64,000 nucleotides of DNA from assembly GCA_907165135.1 (NCBI GenBank), contig OU015569.1, positions 806,001 to 870,000 of the forward strand, in the 5' to 3' direction. The notes beneath the pieces were generated by a model that worked only from the letters and a program-made list of their open reading frames with translations, did not search any database and was not told the DNA's origin. Positions 43,412-55,169 of the stretch are shown piece by piece. Numbering within the stretch: position 1 is the stretch's first letter; each line of letters opens with the position of its first letter. The position numbers were made by a program, and so were the translations under genes. Origin of the DNA: Oikopleura dioica (lineage: Eukaryota; Animalia; Chordata).

Positions 43412-46384
43412 AGCGAAAATCGTCTTGTTCAAAGAAATGACATTTACCAAGAATTTTGAATTTGAGCTTGACTACATTAACTTGTGCGATGTGATAGAGA
43501 AAATAACGAGATGTCTGAACCTAACAGAAACGGAAGGAGAACACTACACTTGCCCTTCAAAAGTAATTAGTGGAGAGGATGGAACTTTGTGTATCCCTCC
43601 TCAGAATTCTACCGCCTCATTGAATTCTAGCGTTTGTCCTGATTCTATGTACGAGAGTGGCAAAGATTTTGATGATCGAATTAAATTTAATTTAGAAATT
43701 TAAGGAGGTAGATATCAAGAATCGCCATTTTCCGTCAGACTTTTCTCCCAAAGTTAAAATAGTAACACCCTTATTTTACTTTTGAAACAAAAACTTTAGA
43801 CCTTTCTCTGTTTCCTATGGAAGCCGAAATTTCCAATTTCAAGAATATTTTTAACATTATTTATCGTCAAAGATCGCTAACTTTCCTAAAATGGTCATTT
43901 TATCATCAAGAAGAGGTGCATTGTAGCACCTCAAAAGCTCAAGAAATCTAAATTTTTGGCTTCCATAGGAAATAGATAATTGCCTGAAATCAATTTTGAG
44001 CAGAAAAATAAGGGGTCACTATGTTAAAAATTTGAGAAAACACAGACGGAAAATCCGATTCTTGATATCTACCTCCTTAATAATTCCATTAGTCCATAAA
44101 GACCTAAGAAGCATCAAGAATTTGTCACCTCTTTTCAAAGTCCACAGAACACTTCCAAACCAGCAAAATACTATCACTTCGTCGACCACATCGAACTCAA
44201 CTACAACCTTTCCTCGGACAAGAAACTGCTCGACGACTTCTCGGAGAATATGATCGACTTCCGCATTCAGAAAATTGTCTTTCCACTAATTTGCATCATG
44301 TTTTGCGCCCCAGCCGTCTATTTGCTCAAGCGATATTTCAAGAAGACGCAGCGGGTGATTGTTCTGATGAATCTACTCCTCAGCTCGACTCTTTATTGCT
44401 TCTCTTTTCTGGCCATGGAACCGATTTACAAAAGAATCAACAATTTAGTAGACGACGATGTTATTTCCAGGGAAAGATTTCGTGCCGCGATCAACCAAGT
44501 CGACATTGACGGGCAAACTATTGCGAGCTGGGCTCGGCAACCTGTGTAGAAAACCTGAGTCATGCTTTGAAAGGCTAAAATGAAAAGCCGCGTAGCGGCT
44601 TTTGAAAACGAAGCCACAAAGTGGCTTCGCTGATACTAAAAGATATAAGAGTGATTTTGTTGCGAAGCCGCTTTGCGGCTTTGTTTTCAAAAAGCCGCTA
44701 CGCGGCTTTTCATTTTAGCCTTTCAAAGCCTGACTCAGGTATTCTACACAGGTCGCCGAGCCCAGATTGCGAGGAAAATAGTCTTTTGAAAAGCAATAGC
44801 GATTTTCTGCAGAATATCAGCAAGAAAATTGAGTGCTCTGCTTATATCGAGAATTACGAGAAAGTAATGAACATTTGCTACGTTTTTCAATATTTCAACG
44901 ATTATATGCTCATGGCGCAGAGCAGTTGGTATCTTTTACAGACGATCTATCTTGCGAATTTGACTCTTTGCAATTTCGGGGTCTTGGCAGGGGATAAATT
45001 CTCTCCTTATTGGGACTAAACCAATTTATGGAAGTGCATTTTGGATTACCAATAAGATTGCTGTATTTGGCTTTCCGGTCAATCAAAACCCTGATCCTTA
45101 TCTTGATACTTGACTAGTACTGAAGAGAGAGAGAGGTATCCCTTTGAGAGCCAATTTTCCGCAACCATATTTACATTTTTCTTGGTTGGTTGGCGCCTCT
45201 ACCTGTCCTAGCAATGGCAATCTATGTAAACGGGATAAAAACGGTTCTTTCAACTTTAGCTTTATTTCAGATGAACCACCCAAACGAAGTCGACCATTCC
45301 TTTCATCACATGCGGATGATCAGCGGCTGCCACGGGAAGTACTCCGAAGAGGTCTTTGGTCAGATCGACGAACCAAAGCACACTGTTTATTATTTATGCG
45401 TGCAGATAGCGTGCAACATTATTCTCTTTGTAATAACAGTGTACGCGATCCACAGGAAAATCTATCTCAGCGCGGGTTTCACAGAAGGCGAGCAGAAGAC
45501 GAAACTCCACCAAATGTCCCGCGCTGTCTTTTATCTAATGTAAGACAAAAAAATATCAACAAAAATGAAGCCCACTTTTAGACCGCTGTTCAATATTTTT
45601 CAAATCACAGTCCACTTCTTTCCAGAAAATTATCTCTCCACGAAGAAAAGTCACCTTTCTTCTACAATTCATCTGGTTCTTATAGAAGGTATTACCGCTG
45701 GACTCGGCAACCTGAGTCAGGCTTTGAAGAGCTAAAATGAAAAGCCGCGTAGCGGCTTTTAAAAACGAAGCCGCAAAGCGGCTTCGCCAAAGTTACCAAC
45801 TCAATGAATTATTTTAACTGGCGAAGCCGCTTAGCGGCTTTTCAATTTACTCTTTTAGAACCCTGACTCAGGTTTTCTACTCAGGTTGCCGAGCCAAATA
45901 TTACTTCTTAGTTATTTCTTCTTGTGTAGTTATGGAATTTTTAGTGAGTCAATTTGTGTATCCGATAATCATCGGAGTTTTATTCGTGCTGATGAGCCAA
46001 GAGCTGAAAATCAAGTTCGCGCGGATGATAAAACTGGGGATGACCCAAAAGTATTTGAAGAAAAGATCTGACTTTGCGTACCTAAGGTGATTCTAATTTG
46101 CTGAGCATGAGGGAAAAAATGACTGTATTCAGAAGGAGGACAGTTTCATGCACGTCCTATCAGAACCTGGGCTCGAAAACCTGTGCAGAAAACCTGAGTC
46201 AGGGTCTGGAACGACGCGGCTTTTCATTGCAGATCTTCCAGGCCCTGACTCAGGTTTTCCACACAGGTTTTCGAGCCCAGACCAGAACGAGCTGAATCAG
46301 CTGAGCGAAATGACTACAGTGTCACTTCTAGACCGCGACTCAAGAATGGAATCTTCAGAAGGAGCTCTTTATGTGAACATTTAA
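43412..46384 (+). CDS. Divergent class B (secretin/calcitonin-receptor-like) GPCR; 5' end unresolved
   Basis: Hormone-receptor-like ectodomain (CPS....DGTLC.P......CP...DFD). TM segments include MNLLLSSTLY, ICYVFQYFNDYMLMAQSSWYLLQTIYL, IYIFLGWLAP, SRAVFYLMPLF and IIGVLFVLMSQEL. Confidence 0.65.
43704..44076 (+). mobile_element. TTAA-targeting non-autonomous DNA transposon (Kolobok-like), copy 2, in a GPCR intron
   Basis: TTAA|GGAGGTAGATATCAAGAATC...GATTCTTGATATCTACCTCC|TTAA. Confidence 0.85.
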
Positions 46385-46617
46385 TGAAAAAATAAAAGAA
46401 AATAAAGCAGATTTTCATGTTTCGGACTTTCTAGCGTTTTTTGCTCACTTCCGGCAGCGTGATATAACGATGAGTTGGCAAAGGGTTTGAATCTCTGGCG
46501 CGCGGTTGGTAAAATGCAAATTGTCGATCATCGCTGTCCGCAGATGATTTTCCGCGTGGCATCTCCGCAAGGGGCTTCGCAAGAGTTCCGACTCAGACAC
46601 TTTTTAGAAGCAAGAAA

Positions 46618-48136
46618 ATGAGACCCTTACCTTTCTCTTTTTACATTTTCCTAGTTTCCTTTTCTAAATCAGAGAGAGCGCGGACAGAAGATTACTACAG
46701 ACCGACGAGGAAGCAGCTCTACGAGTTGCTCAAAAATCCGAAGAACAGTGATATTGCTCGAGGATCGCAGTTTGGGCAGGTGACATGGGGCAGGCCTCCA
46801 AACGAAAGCTACCAAGATAGCAAGCTCTGTCCGCGGCTAAACAATCCGAAAGGAGCTTCAGAAGTAGTTTGCAACGGCGCTACTTGCGTTGTCAATTGTC
46901 TTCCAGGGTCAGAGTCCATCTGCTTATAGCAATTGTTTTTCATAAGATACCGATGATAGCAGGCCTTTGCCCGGGATTGCCAGGTTATCCGGTCAGCCAA
47001 TCACAAGACAGGATTCTCCTAGTGGCGGCGTAACCCCGGATTTGAGTCTGCTCTCATCGGTATCATTTTTGTTGATTCCAGTAAAAGGTTATCATCCGAC
47101 GCCAAAGGGATCTGATCGAACAAATTGCAGAGCTTCCGTTAATTTCAAAGGCTCGTTATTTAATTTCTGAACTTCGTTAGATTTCAAGAACTGAGATTAA
47201 AAAACGGAGAAAAAGGAGAAACCCGATATTACTGGACTCATCAGTTGTCTGACTGTGTGACTTGCTCGGAAGATGAGTTTTCTGATCCTCAGATAGCGAG
47301 TTTTTGTTTCGTGAGGGAAGGAACCAACGAAAGGCTCTGCGATCTCAAATGCACCAACGGTGGCGATCTTCGTTTCCCAGGTAAATCAGCAGCTCGTTTG
47401 CCTTTATTGACGTTTGCAGCTCTTTTCGGCGCGCCAGTTCGGTGTTTCTGCCATAGAAAGAAGAATAAGGGCTGCTACTGGACCAGAGAGAAAGGAAAAA
47501 CCAAGCGGGTATTTCTCAACAAGATCAAATGCTCCGGACCTCCTGCAACCGTCCCTCCAACAGAACCAAAGTCCACCACGAAATTTTCGCGTTTTGATAG
47601 CGGAAATTCTCCGTCGCAAGGAAGCGATTCCAGTGCGTCTGCCAGCGGGGCCTGCAAATGCTTAGAGTACAAGGAAAAGTACACGGGTAGCACAGGTACT
47701 TGTCTACTATAACAACTCGTTCACAAGCTTTGAGTTTTTCAGGGGCGAATGTTCGACCAACCTGGAGTTGCCCGGACAGTTTTCAAGTGCACGGCGGGGC
47801 GAGGATACCTTCCGGCTTCGATAAAACTGGAAAAGTGAAACTGACCTTTTCCAGAAAAGTTTCAATAAAAAGTGGCAATTTCCCATCGCCAGTTTTGAGG
47901 AAAAAGAGGGTAACTTATGGGAAGTTGGCTTCAACGAGAGAACCACTTTCAAACGCGACTGGTTCAGGCAACGGCTACTCTTCTCTTTTCATTTGAAAGT
48001 CACTTCTTTTGAGCTTCGAAAATCTTGAAATTTTGATGTACCACGAAGGCTAGCTAGCCTAAAAAGAATCAATTTCGAAGGAACGCATGACAAGTACATG
48101 CCGCGAGTGGACAAGCTCGAGTTCTGCTATTGCTGA
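46618..48136 (+). CDS. Secreted Cys-rich protein with sushi-like repeats, unknown family
   Basis: Hydrophobic N-terminus MRPLPFSFYIFLVSFS; repeated C..P.G....C....C...C..G spacing; Pro/Thr linker; ends FCYC*. Confidence 0.55.
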
Positions 48137-48965
48137 ATCTCTCTACTGTTTCAATAAACTAAACCTTTTCTGTAATCATTTCATCAAAAATCTTAAAACA
48201 TTGCAATTTGCCTTCAAGATTCCCACGATGAGAGCGCAGTGATAATTCAAATGTAAACGATTCTGCTGACAAACTCAAATATTTTGATCATTCGCCACCG
48301 CAAATTTGGAAGAAGACTTTCTTCTCGAACCGCATATTTACAATCATTATGGCTTAATTTGCCGAAATTTCTTTATAATGTTCAATGAAATTGCCACCGA
48401 CGTCACGAATTTCGAAGAATTTTTAGACCCACAGAAGCTTTTGGCAAATTTTACCTCATAAAAATGTAAATAAATAGCTTTTCTTTTTTAAAAATCGTCA
48501 GTTTTATACTGGCAAATCGACCTAATGACAGTATATCTCTGTTTGAGCAACTCTTTTTCGGGGGTAAATCATCTTAGGATGATTTTAATTATTGAAGTCA
48601 TAGAAGACTAACGATGTCGGTCAATTTTTGTTCTATAGAAAGAAATTGATCGATTGTCTGTTTTGTTTCATAAATGAGCTCAAAAGCTAGTTGCTCAAGA
48701 AGAAAATCGTAATTTTCAGTGAACTTTGATTTGTTGAAAATGCAAGTGGTGACGACTTTGTATGCTGATTCTGGGTTTTTCGATAATTAGAAGCGCAACG
48801 GCGAAACCACTGGTGATTCCCACTTGAGACAAACACTCGTAAATAATGCCTATGCTCCGAAGCTCACGCAAGCCGAGCTTTATAAGCAACTTTGGCCTGC
48901 ATCGGAAATTATCAGTTTCAAACTGCGAGATACGATCGTAGTTGAATTCAGCCAGCTTTTGAAAG

Positions 48966-49984
48966 ATGAAGCTCGCCGCCTTTATCATCGGGTCCCTTTA
49001 CGCCCAAGATGCTTACGAGTACACCTACGGTAAGGAAGAGAAAGAGAGCTTTCTAGAGAGTTTAGCAAAAAGGCAGAAAGGTAAAACGTAAGTTCAGATA
49101 GCGACATCGCTCGCACCGACTACGCCGACGAGTACTACTTCTACGAGTACATTGACGAGCTCGGCAACAAGAAGAAAAAGAAGAAGAATAAGAAGAACAA
49201 GAACAACAACTACAACAACAACAACTACAACAACAACAACTATAACAACAACAACTACGCCTCCGATCCATACAACTACAACACCGGCTGGAACACCGGA
49301 TACGCCGCCAATTATGGCGCTAAAGTCAGCGACGGATCCGGCAAGGGCGTTGACTCAGATGTTGTCGGCAACGGTCGATTCTGCTGGAACTGCAAAACTA
49401 CGATCAAGATGAAGTACGACTCCGATGGTGTCTGGACCGGCTATGAGGACGCTTACGATTCGTGCTTCGATGATGGCTACATCGAGAAATGCGTCGGCGA
49501 AGAGTACTACTGCGATTGGGAAGAGCGTCGCCACAAGGGCGTCGTCGTCGGTGTTGCCGGAGGCTGCAAGGCTCCAGAGGCTTGCTTGAGAGGAATGATC
49601 CAGAACTTCCACTGGAAGGTGAACACCTACAACGATCCCAAGGTCAAGGGCGATCAATGCAAGGCTGGAACCTTGAGAGAGACGAACATGTACCCCGATT
49701 CTGTCTGCCGATGGTGCTGCGACGCTCTTACTGACACTCTCGACCGATACGAGCCCGCTATCGCCCAGCTTTGCAACCACAAGTCATACGCTGGATCTCC
49801 CGGCAAAGCATACGACACGGACAAGGGTGCTACTTTCGTCTGGGCCGCCGATGGCAACCTCTTCAACGGGCTCAACGTCGATGGCAAGTTCCACTCGCTT
49901 TTCATGGTCCACAGGCAGTACGCTCTTGGGCAAGGCGCCGGCACTCTCAGCGCAGGCGACATGGTCCGCGGACAATTTTCTTAA
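48966..49984 (+). CDS. Secreted protein with Tyr/Asp-rich N-terminus, poly-Lys, (NNNNY)n repeats and a Cys-rich three-finger-like domain (possible house protein)
   Basis: MKLAAFIIGSLYAQ signal peptide; GT-AG intron 49030-49097; CWNC..C..C..C.WEERR..GCKAPEAC..QNF..QC..VCRWCC..CN; strong C-ending codon bias. Confidence 0.75.
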
Positions 49985-50041
49985 ACTCAACACTCTCCGC
50001 TATTCAATACCAATAAAAACGCTTTCTTCACAATTTCACAA

Positions 50042-51792
50042 TTACACTTTATTTTTTCTCGTTTCTTGTTGCAGCATTTCCAGTGCCTTCGTCACGGCGT
50101 CTACAAACTTGAGGTGATAGTAGCCCAGACTTGAAAGTGATTGAACCACGATTTTGTCGCCGTGCAGTTTGTCGCGCAAAGTTTCTGGAATTTTTATTTC
50201 CGACTGTTTTTCCTTTTCCATCGCTTCTCTGTGCATTTCCAACTCGTTTTTCAAGAAATCAACGAGGGTAGTTCCGCAAGCAGGCGAATGGAGCTGCTCT
50301 ATTTTCATTCCATTTTCCAGCAAGCCGGCGAGAATGTCGTGAAAGAATTCGCAGCTGGGCTCGGCAACCTGTGTAGAAAACCTGAGTCAGGGTCTGAAAG
50401 AGCCAAATTGGGCCGCTATAGTTTGGAAATTGATTCAAAAAGTAGTTTTGCGAAGCCGCTTTGCGGCTTCGTTTTAAAAGCCGCTACGCGGCTTTTCATT
50501 TGGGCTCTTTCAGACCCTGACTCAGGTTTTGAACACAGGTTGCCGAACTCAGATTCACAGCCAAAGACGGCGATCTCGAAGAGGAAGTCATTTTCGTCCG
50601 CGAATTGGTAGAGGCATTTGTTTTTTGGATACTGTCGCATAAGAAGCTTTATGTCGTCGATTTGAAGGAAGTTTTTGGGCAGGCTGAGCACTCTAGAATC
50701 GCCAAGGATGAGGACAATCAGGCGAATGAGCATGACCCGAACTTCGCGGTCAAAATCTTTGACAGCGAGCTCAAGAACGCAGTGAATTCTTGCTTCGAAA
50801 GACTTGTCCTTTGGCGAACCGCAAAACGCATGGAACTCGTCTTGAAATTTTCAATTTATACGAAAGAGCGCTTTTTTTACCGTAAACAATCGGCAAGGAA
50901 TGCAGTCTCGAGTTGAGGGCGATCGAGTACTTCGATCGTTTCTGATTTCTGTAGCCCATGATTGTCTCTAAATCACGTTTTCTCAAGCGGTTTCGTTCAT
51001 TCGATTTTCGATTACCTAATTCCTCGTCTTATTTTGGATAGAATTTTCATTAGATAATCAGCACTTTTCTAGTCAGAGTTGCAAATTCTGCTTTATTTTT
51101 GCTGAGCTAAGCTGAGCTGGCCTATTTCGGAGGTAACTGAGCTGAGCTGAACTGAGCAGACCTTTTTTTTAAAGTAGTTGAGCTGAGCTGAGCTAAGCGG
51201 ACCCTAATTAGAGCTGAGCTGAGCTGGTTGAGCTGAGCTCTTTTTTACTGTGTTTTTAGTAGTAAAATTGTGTTAAAATCATTGAGCTGAGCTGAGCCAA
51301 GTGATAATTGTCTGAGCTGAGCTGAGCTGAGCAGAACAGCTCTTGCTCGAAAATAATTGTGCTGAGCTGAGTGAAAATTGTCTGAGCTGAGCTGAGAAGA
51401 TCAGATCATTTTCAAAAATCACTGAGCTGAGCTGAGTGACTGCTCAGCTCACTCAGCTCAGCAAATTTACAACTCTGTTTCTAGTTCCTTTTTTTCTATT
51501 CCATTCCTATGCTATTGAGTAGATTTGTGCAGAGAACTGTATGATGCGTCTGATACAAGTTTCGAATCTCATTCGGCAGTTCCTGATTTTGCCCTATAAA
51601 AAATGCAATCGAGGATGAAGTTTGCATCATCACGTCTGGATTCGCCAGATATTTCCATTTTTCGAACACGATCGCAAAGTAAATCTTCTCGTCGCTCCGC
51701 GCTTCCAAAAATTTGAAAATCTTCTCTTCGACCAGCCAGGGAGGCTCATTTTCTTTTGTCACTTCCCCTCCCAGACCTTGCCAAAAGTGCAT
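50042..51792 (-). CDS. Unknown protein, interrupted by a MITE at 50355-50552
   Basis: Long protein-like minus-strand exons. Removing the MITE and one TSD joins ...FEIAVFGCE to FFHDILAGLLENG in frame. Whether the 51496-51792 ORF belongs to the same gene is tentative. Confidence 0.55.
51074..51477. mobile_element. hAT-like MITE with internal (GCTGA)n repeats
   Basis: TIR CAGAGTTG(C/T)AAATT...; perfect 8-bp TSD TTTCTAGT (51066-51073 and 51478-51485); many GAGCT/CTGAG pentamers inside. Confidence 0.85.
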
Positions 51793-52097
51793 AATCCACC
51801 TACATGCATCTCACTTGCTCAAAATCAACGAAAAAGTCATATTCCGCGCTCGGAATTTTTGTAGAAAACCTGAGTCAGGTTTTGAAGAGCTAAAATAAAA
51901 ACCGCGAAACGGCTTCCTGTTTGAATAAGCCGCTACGCGGCTTTTCATTTTAGCTCTTCAGAACCTGACTCAGGTTTTTTACGCAGGTTTCCGAGCTCAG
52001 GCCATATCGTTAAAATGCTCTATTTTCACTATATTAACAGATACTGGCAGTTATACAAGTACAGCGCGAATTAATTAAAAAAGGGTCAATCAGGGAT

Positions 52098-53952
52098 TCA
52101 GCTGGAATTTGTGCCACTCTCTTCGTTGACTTTCTCTTGAAGCGTTTCTTCTGAGAATTTGTCTTTGGCCTGTTCAGGATGTTGCGCGTCCCAAAGAGTC
52201 GGGTTTTCAGCCTGGAGACCGGCAAGTCGCAGTTTTTCGTTGAAAAGAGCTCGGGCAAACACGTACAAATCCATCTAAAATCAAAATTTGTTTCCTGAAG
52301 ATTCCGGGTTTGTGAGACTGGGCTCGGCAACCTGTGTAGAAAACCTGAGTCAGGGTCTGAAAGAGCTGAAATGAAAAGCCGCGCAGCTATTCTTCAGAGT
52401 CTTTCAGCTCTTTGAGAGCCTGACTCAGGTTTTCTACACAGGTTGCCGAGCCCAGCTCTGAAAAGATCAGCATCTTACTACATCTACTACCTCGTGCGAC
52501 AACGGCCCTTTCATCAAAAACTCCTTCGCGGCGGTGGACATGTGTTTCTTATCCAGCGTCCTTGTTGTATTCATCGCTAGAAAATTACCATAAGAAACTT
52601 CTTCACCAAAGCCTTTATCATTACCTATCTTGGCAAACTCGGATCTCGCTGCTTCTCTTGCTCCTTTGAAATACTGCGGGAGGAGCTTTTGAAAGAGCGA
52701 AAGAGTGTCTTCGAATTGTTCCAAAATTCCAACGATGAAATAATCACGCAGGATTCGCTTCTTCGCGATTTCAGCGGCCGCAGCCTTGGCTTCGTAGCCT
52801 CTGCTTTCCCCTTGCAGGTTTGGGAGTTGCCGCAGAAAAAGCGGGTGTATTTCCAAACGACGGTGGTGCAGTCCTTCATCTTTCGACGGATGCAGGTGTC
52901 GATGTCGAGCCGCTCGTCCTCGAAGTCGTGGGAGTTTTCCTTCGTTCTCGCCCCAGTCTAAGATGACTTAAAATCGGAAGTTGGAGAAATCACACCTTGT
53001 GGATCCAACCATTCTGCTTGAACCAGTATCGACTCTCAAACCAGCTGATGGGCTCGCGCATGACGTTGATCCATGTGGGCGCTTCCATTCCGTACTCGGT
53101 GAAATTGAAGAAATAGTGATGCTTCATCACGGTCATCGGGGGCCGGAGAATCGACTTCAAATAGGCGGCTAAAAAGACGATAAGAAAATGAAGAGTGCTC
53201 CGTTTCCCTTACCAAGTCCTTCTTCGTCGTCGAACTTCATCATTGCCGAGTCGATTTTGATGTGTTCGTAGTTGTTCCACTGAGAAAGCATCGTCAAAAT
53301 GTTATGCATCGTGGTCGAACCGCATTTTGGCAACTTGTTGTGAAGTATAAAACCGGGATTCGGAGCTACCAGCGACTTTTTCAAGTTTTCAAAGTGCTTT
53401 TTAGATAATTTTGGGGTTTGAACTAGGGCTAGGATTTGTTAATAAGGGCTTATCTAATGAGAATCATCAAATAAAGCGAGATTAAAAACTCTCCTTTGGA
53501 GCAGCATTGAGAGTATCCAAGTCGACTTGCGAGAGTTCTGGTAAGGAAATTGGGGTGTCGCGCTGAATCAAATGCACTTCATCCTTCTTTTCAAGCATTT
53601 CAGCAAGCTGCGATTCGAATCCTTCAATTGGCGGCCTTGGTTTTGTTGAAAGCTTTAAAAATATCGTAAAAAATCGAACAAGAAAGTCGAACAATTCGAC
53701 ATTCTTAGATCTTACATGCGGCAGAAGTTTTTCCAGGTCAAGGTTTCTTTGCTGTACGAGAACGAACAAAACGACTAGAGTGATAAGAAGAACGGTCAGG
53801 ACAGCATTGCCGGCAAAGGACTGGGCGATTCGGCGACGAGCATCGGCGGCGCTCTCCCGTTTCGCGAGCTTGAGCCCCTTTGACGCCGATTTGGACCTCT
53901 TGGCGCCTTTCTTCTTCCCAAGAAGCGAGATCTTCTCCGACTTCGACTTCAT
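52098..53952 (-). CDS. Heparan-sulfate/uronyl 2-O-sulfotransferase-like type II membrane protein
   Basis: N-terminal TM (VLTVLLITLVVLFVLV); ILHNKLPKCGSTT (5'-PSB loop); YFIVGILEQFEDTLSLFQKLLPQYF; HE|MDLYVFARALF. Confidence 0.85.
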
Positions 53953-55169
53953 CCAGATCCGATTTCAAGACACTTCTCTCATTTCAAAAACTAACGGCTC
54001 CTTCGTTTTCCTCAACCTTTTCAGAAATCAAGAAGAGCGCTTTGAGAGCACCGCCGCGGGCAAAGTTGCTACTTCTTAATGAGATTCTTTCAACCTTTTT
54101 CCCAAACAGTCCTTTCCTGCTTGTACTAATCAACAGGAAGAATTCCAACCTTTGCTCGGCAACCTTTGTAGAAAACCTGAGTCAAGTTCTAAAGAGCAAA
54201 ATGAAAAGCCGCGTAGCGGCTTTTTATGAACAAAGCCGCGAAGCGGCTTTGCCATGATTACCAAATTTATCTAATATTTAATACAAGCGAAGCCGCTTCG
54301 CGGCTCTGTTCATAAAAGCCGCTACGCGGCTTTTCATTTTGCTCTTTAGAACCTGACTCAGGTTTTCTACACAGGTTGCCGAGCCCAGATTCCAACCTAT
54401 CAACTCTAGGTTCTCGGTTCTTCTTTCAAATAGTAGAAAAAATCACCAGTAGCGATAATGAATTTATTTTTTCGAATTCGGCAACGCCGGTAGTAGCAAT
54501 TTGCAATCCCAATTGTAATCATGGCCTCATTTAGTAGTAGTACACAGTATGAAAAGTTCATCCCTTTTCTACGTGATTACCCCTTCTGCAAATTAATTTA
54601 TGGACGACCAAGGCCTTCTTTCTTTGAAACTGCAGCAAAAAACAGTAAGCAACAGCGAGTCAGCATAATTTGAGAAGGCGAAAATGTATAGAGAGAAGAG
54701 TGCGGCTTCTCAATTATTGACCAAGACCGTGACGAGTCGATCAAGCGTTGTTGAGAGTTCTGAAAGCTCGTAACGCAAGATGCATTAAGATAGATACTGT
54801 AAGCAGCAAGTGAGCTGTTCAATTAGCGCACGCATCACGCCAACAGTTTGCTATTAACTAGCAGGATGAGCAGCGTGCTTAAATGTTTAATTTCACCTCT
54901 TTGCCTCGAGATTGATTCCCTCTCAATTAATTTAGCCCTCTCTGATTTCCATTAATCCGCTCGGTAGCTGCTCGACGGCCCAGAATAGTAGCGCATGCAC
55001 GCGCTTATCGACGCTACTAGCGCGCTTCACCGTTGATCCCTTTCACTCTGACGAGCACCAGAGCTCACATACGACGCCCGACACACATAAGCCCATCGGC
55101 GCCCAGAAGTTAAATTCGACGAAAGAAGTATGCTCTTCGTTTTCTTTTTCTAGAGAGAGACAGAGTAGT

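Noticed and set aside
44520-44773. MITE at 44528-44765 as another clean +12 intron
   Set aside because: The TSD is perfect and the downstream frame is open, but the matching upstream frame has a stop a few codons earlier and no acceptor bypasses it; left unresolved.
49152-49412. Poly-Thr ORF
   Set aside because: Alternative frame of the AAC-rich (NNNNY) repeat; the Asn frame is continuous with the signal peptide and the Cys domain.
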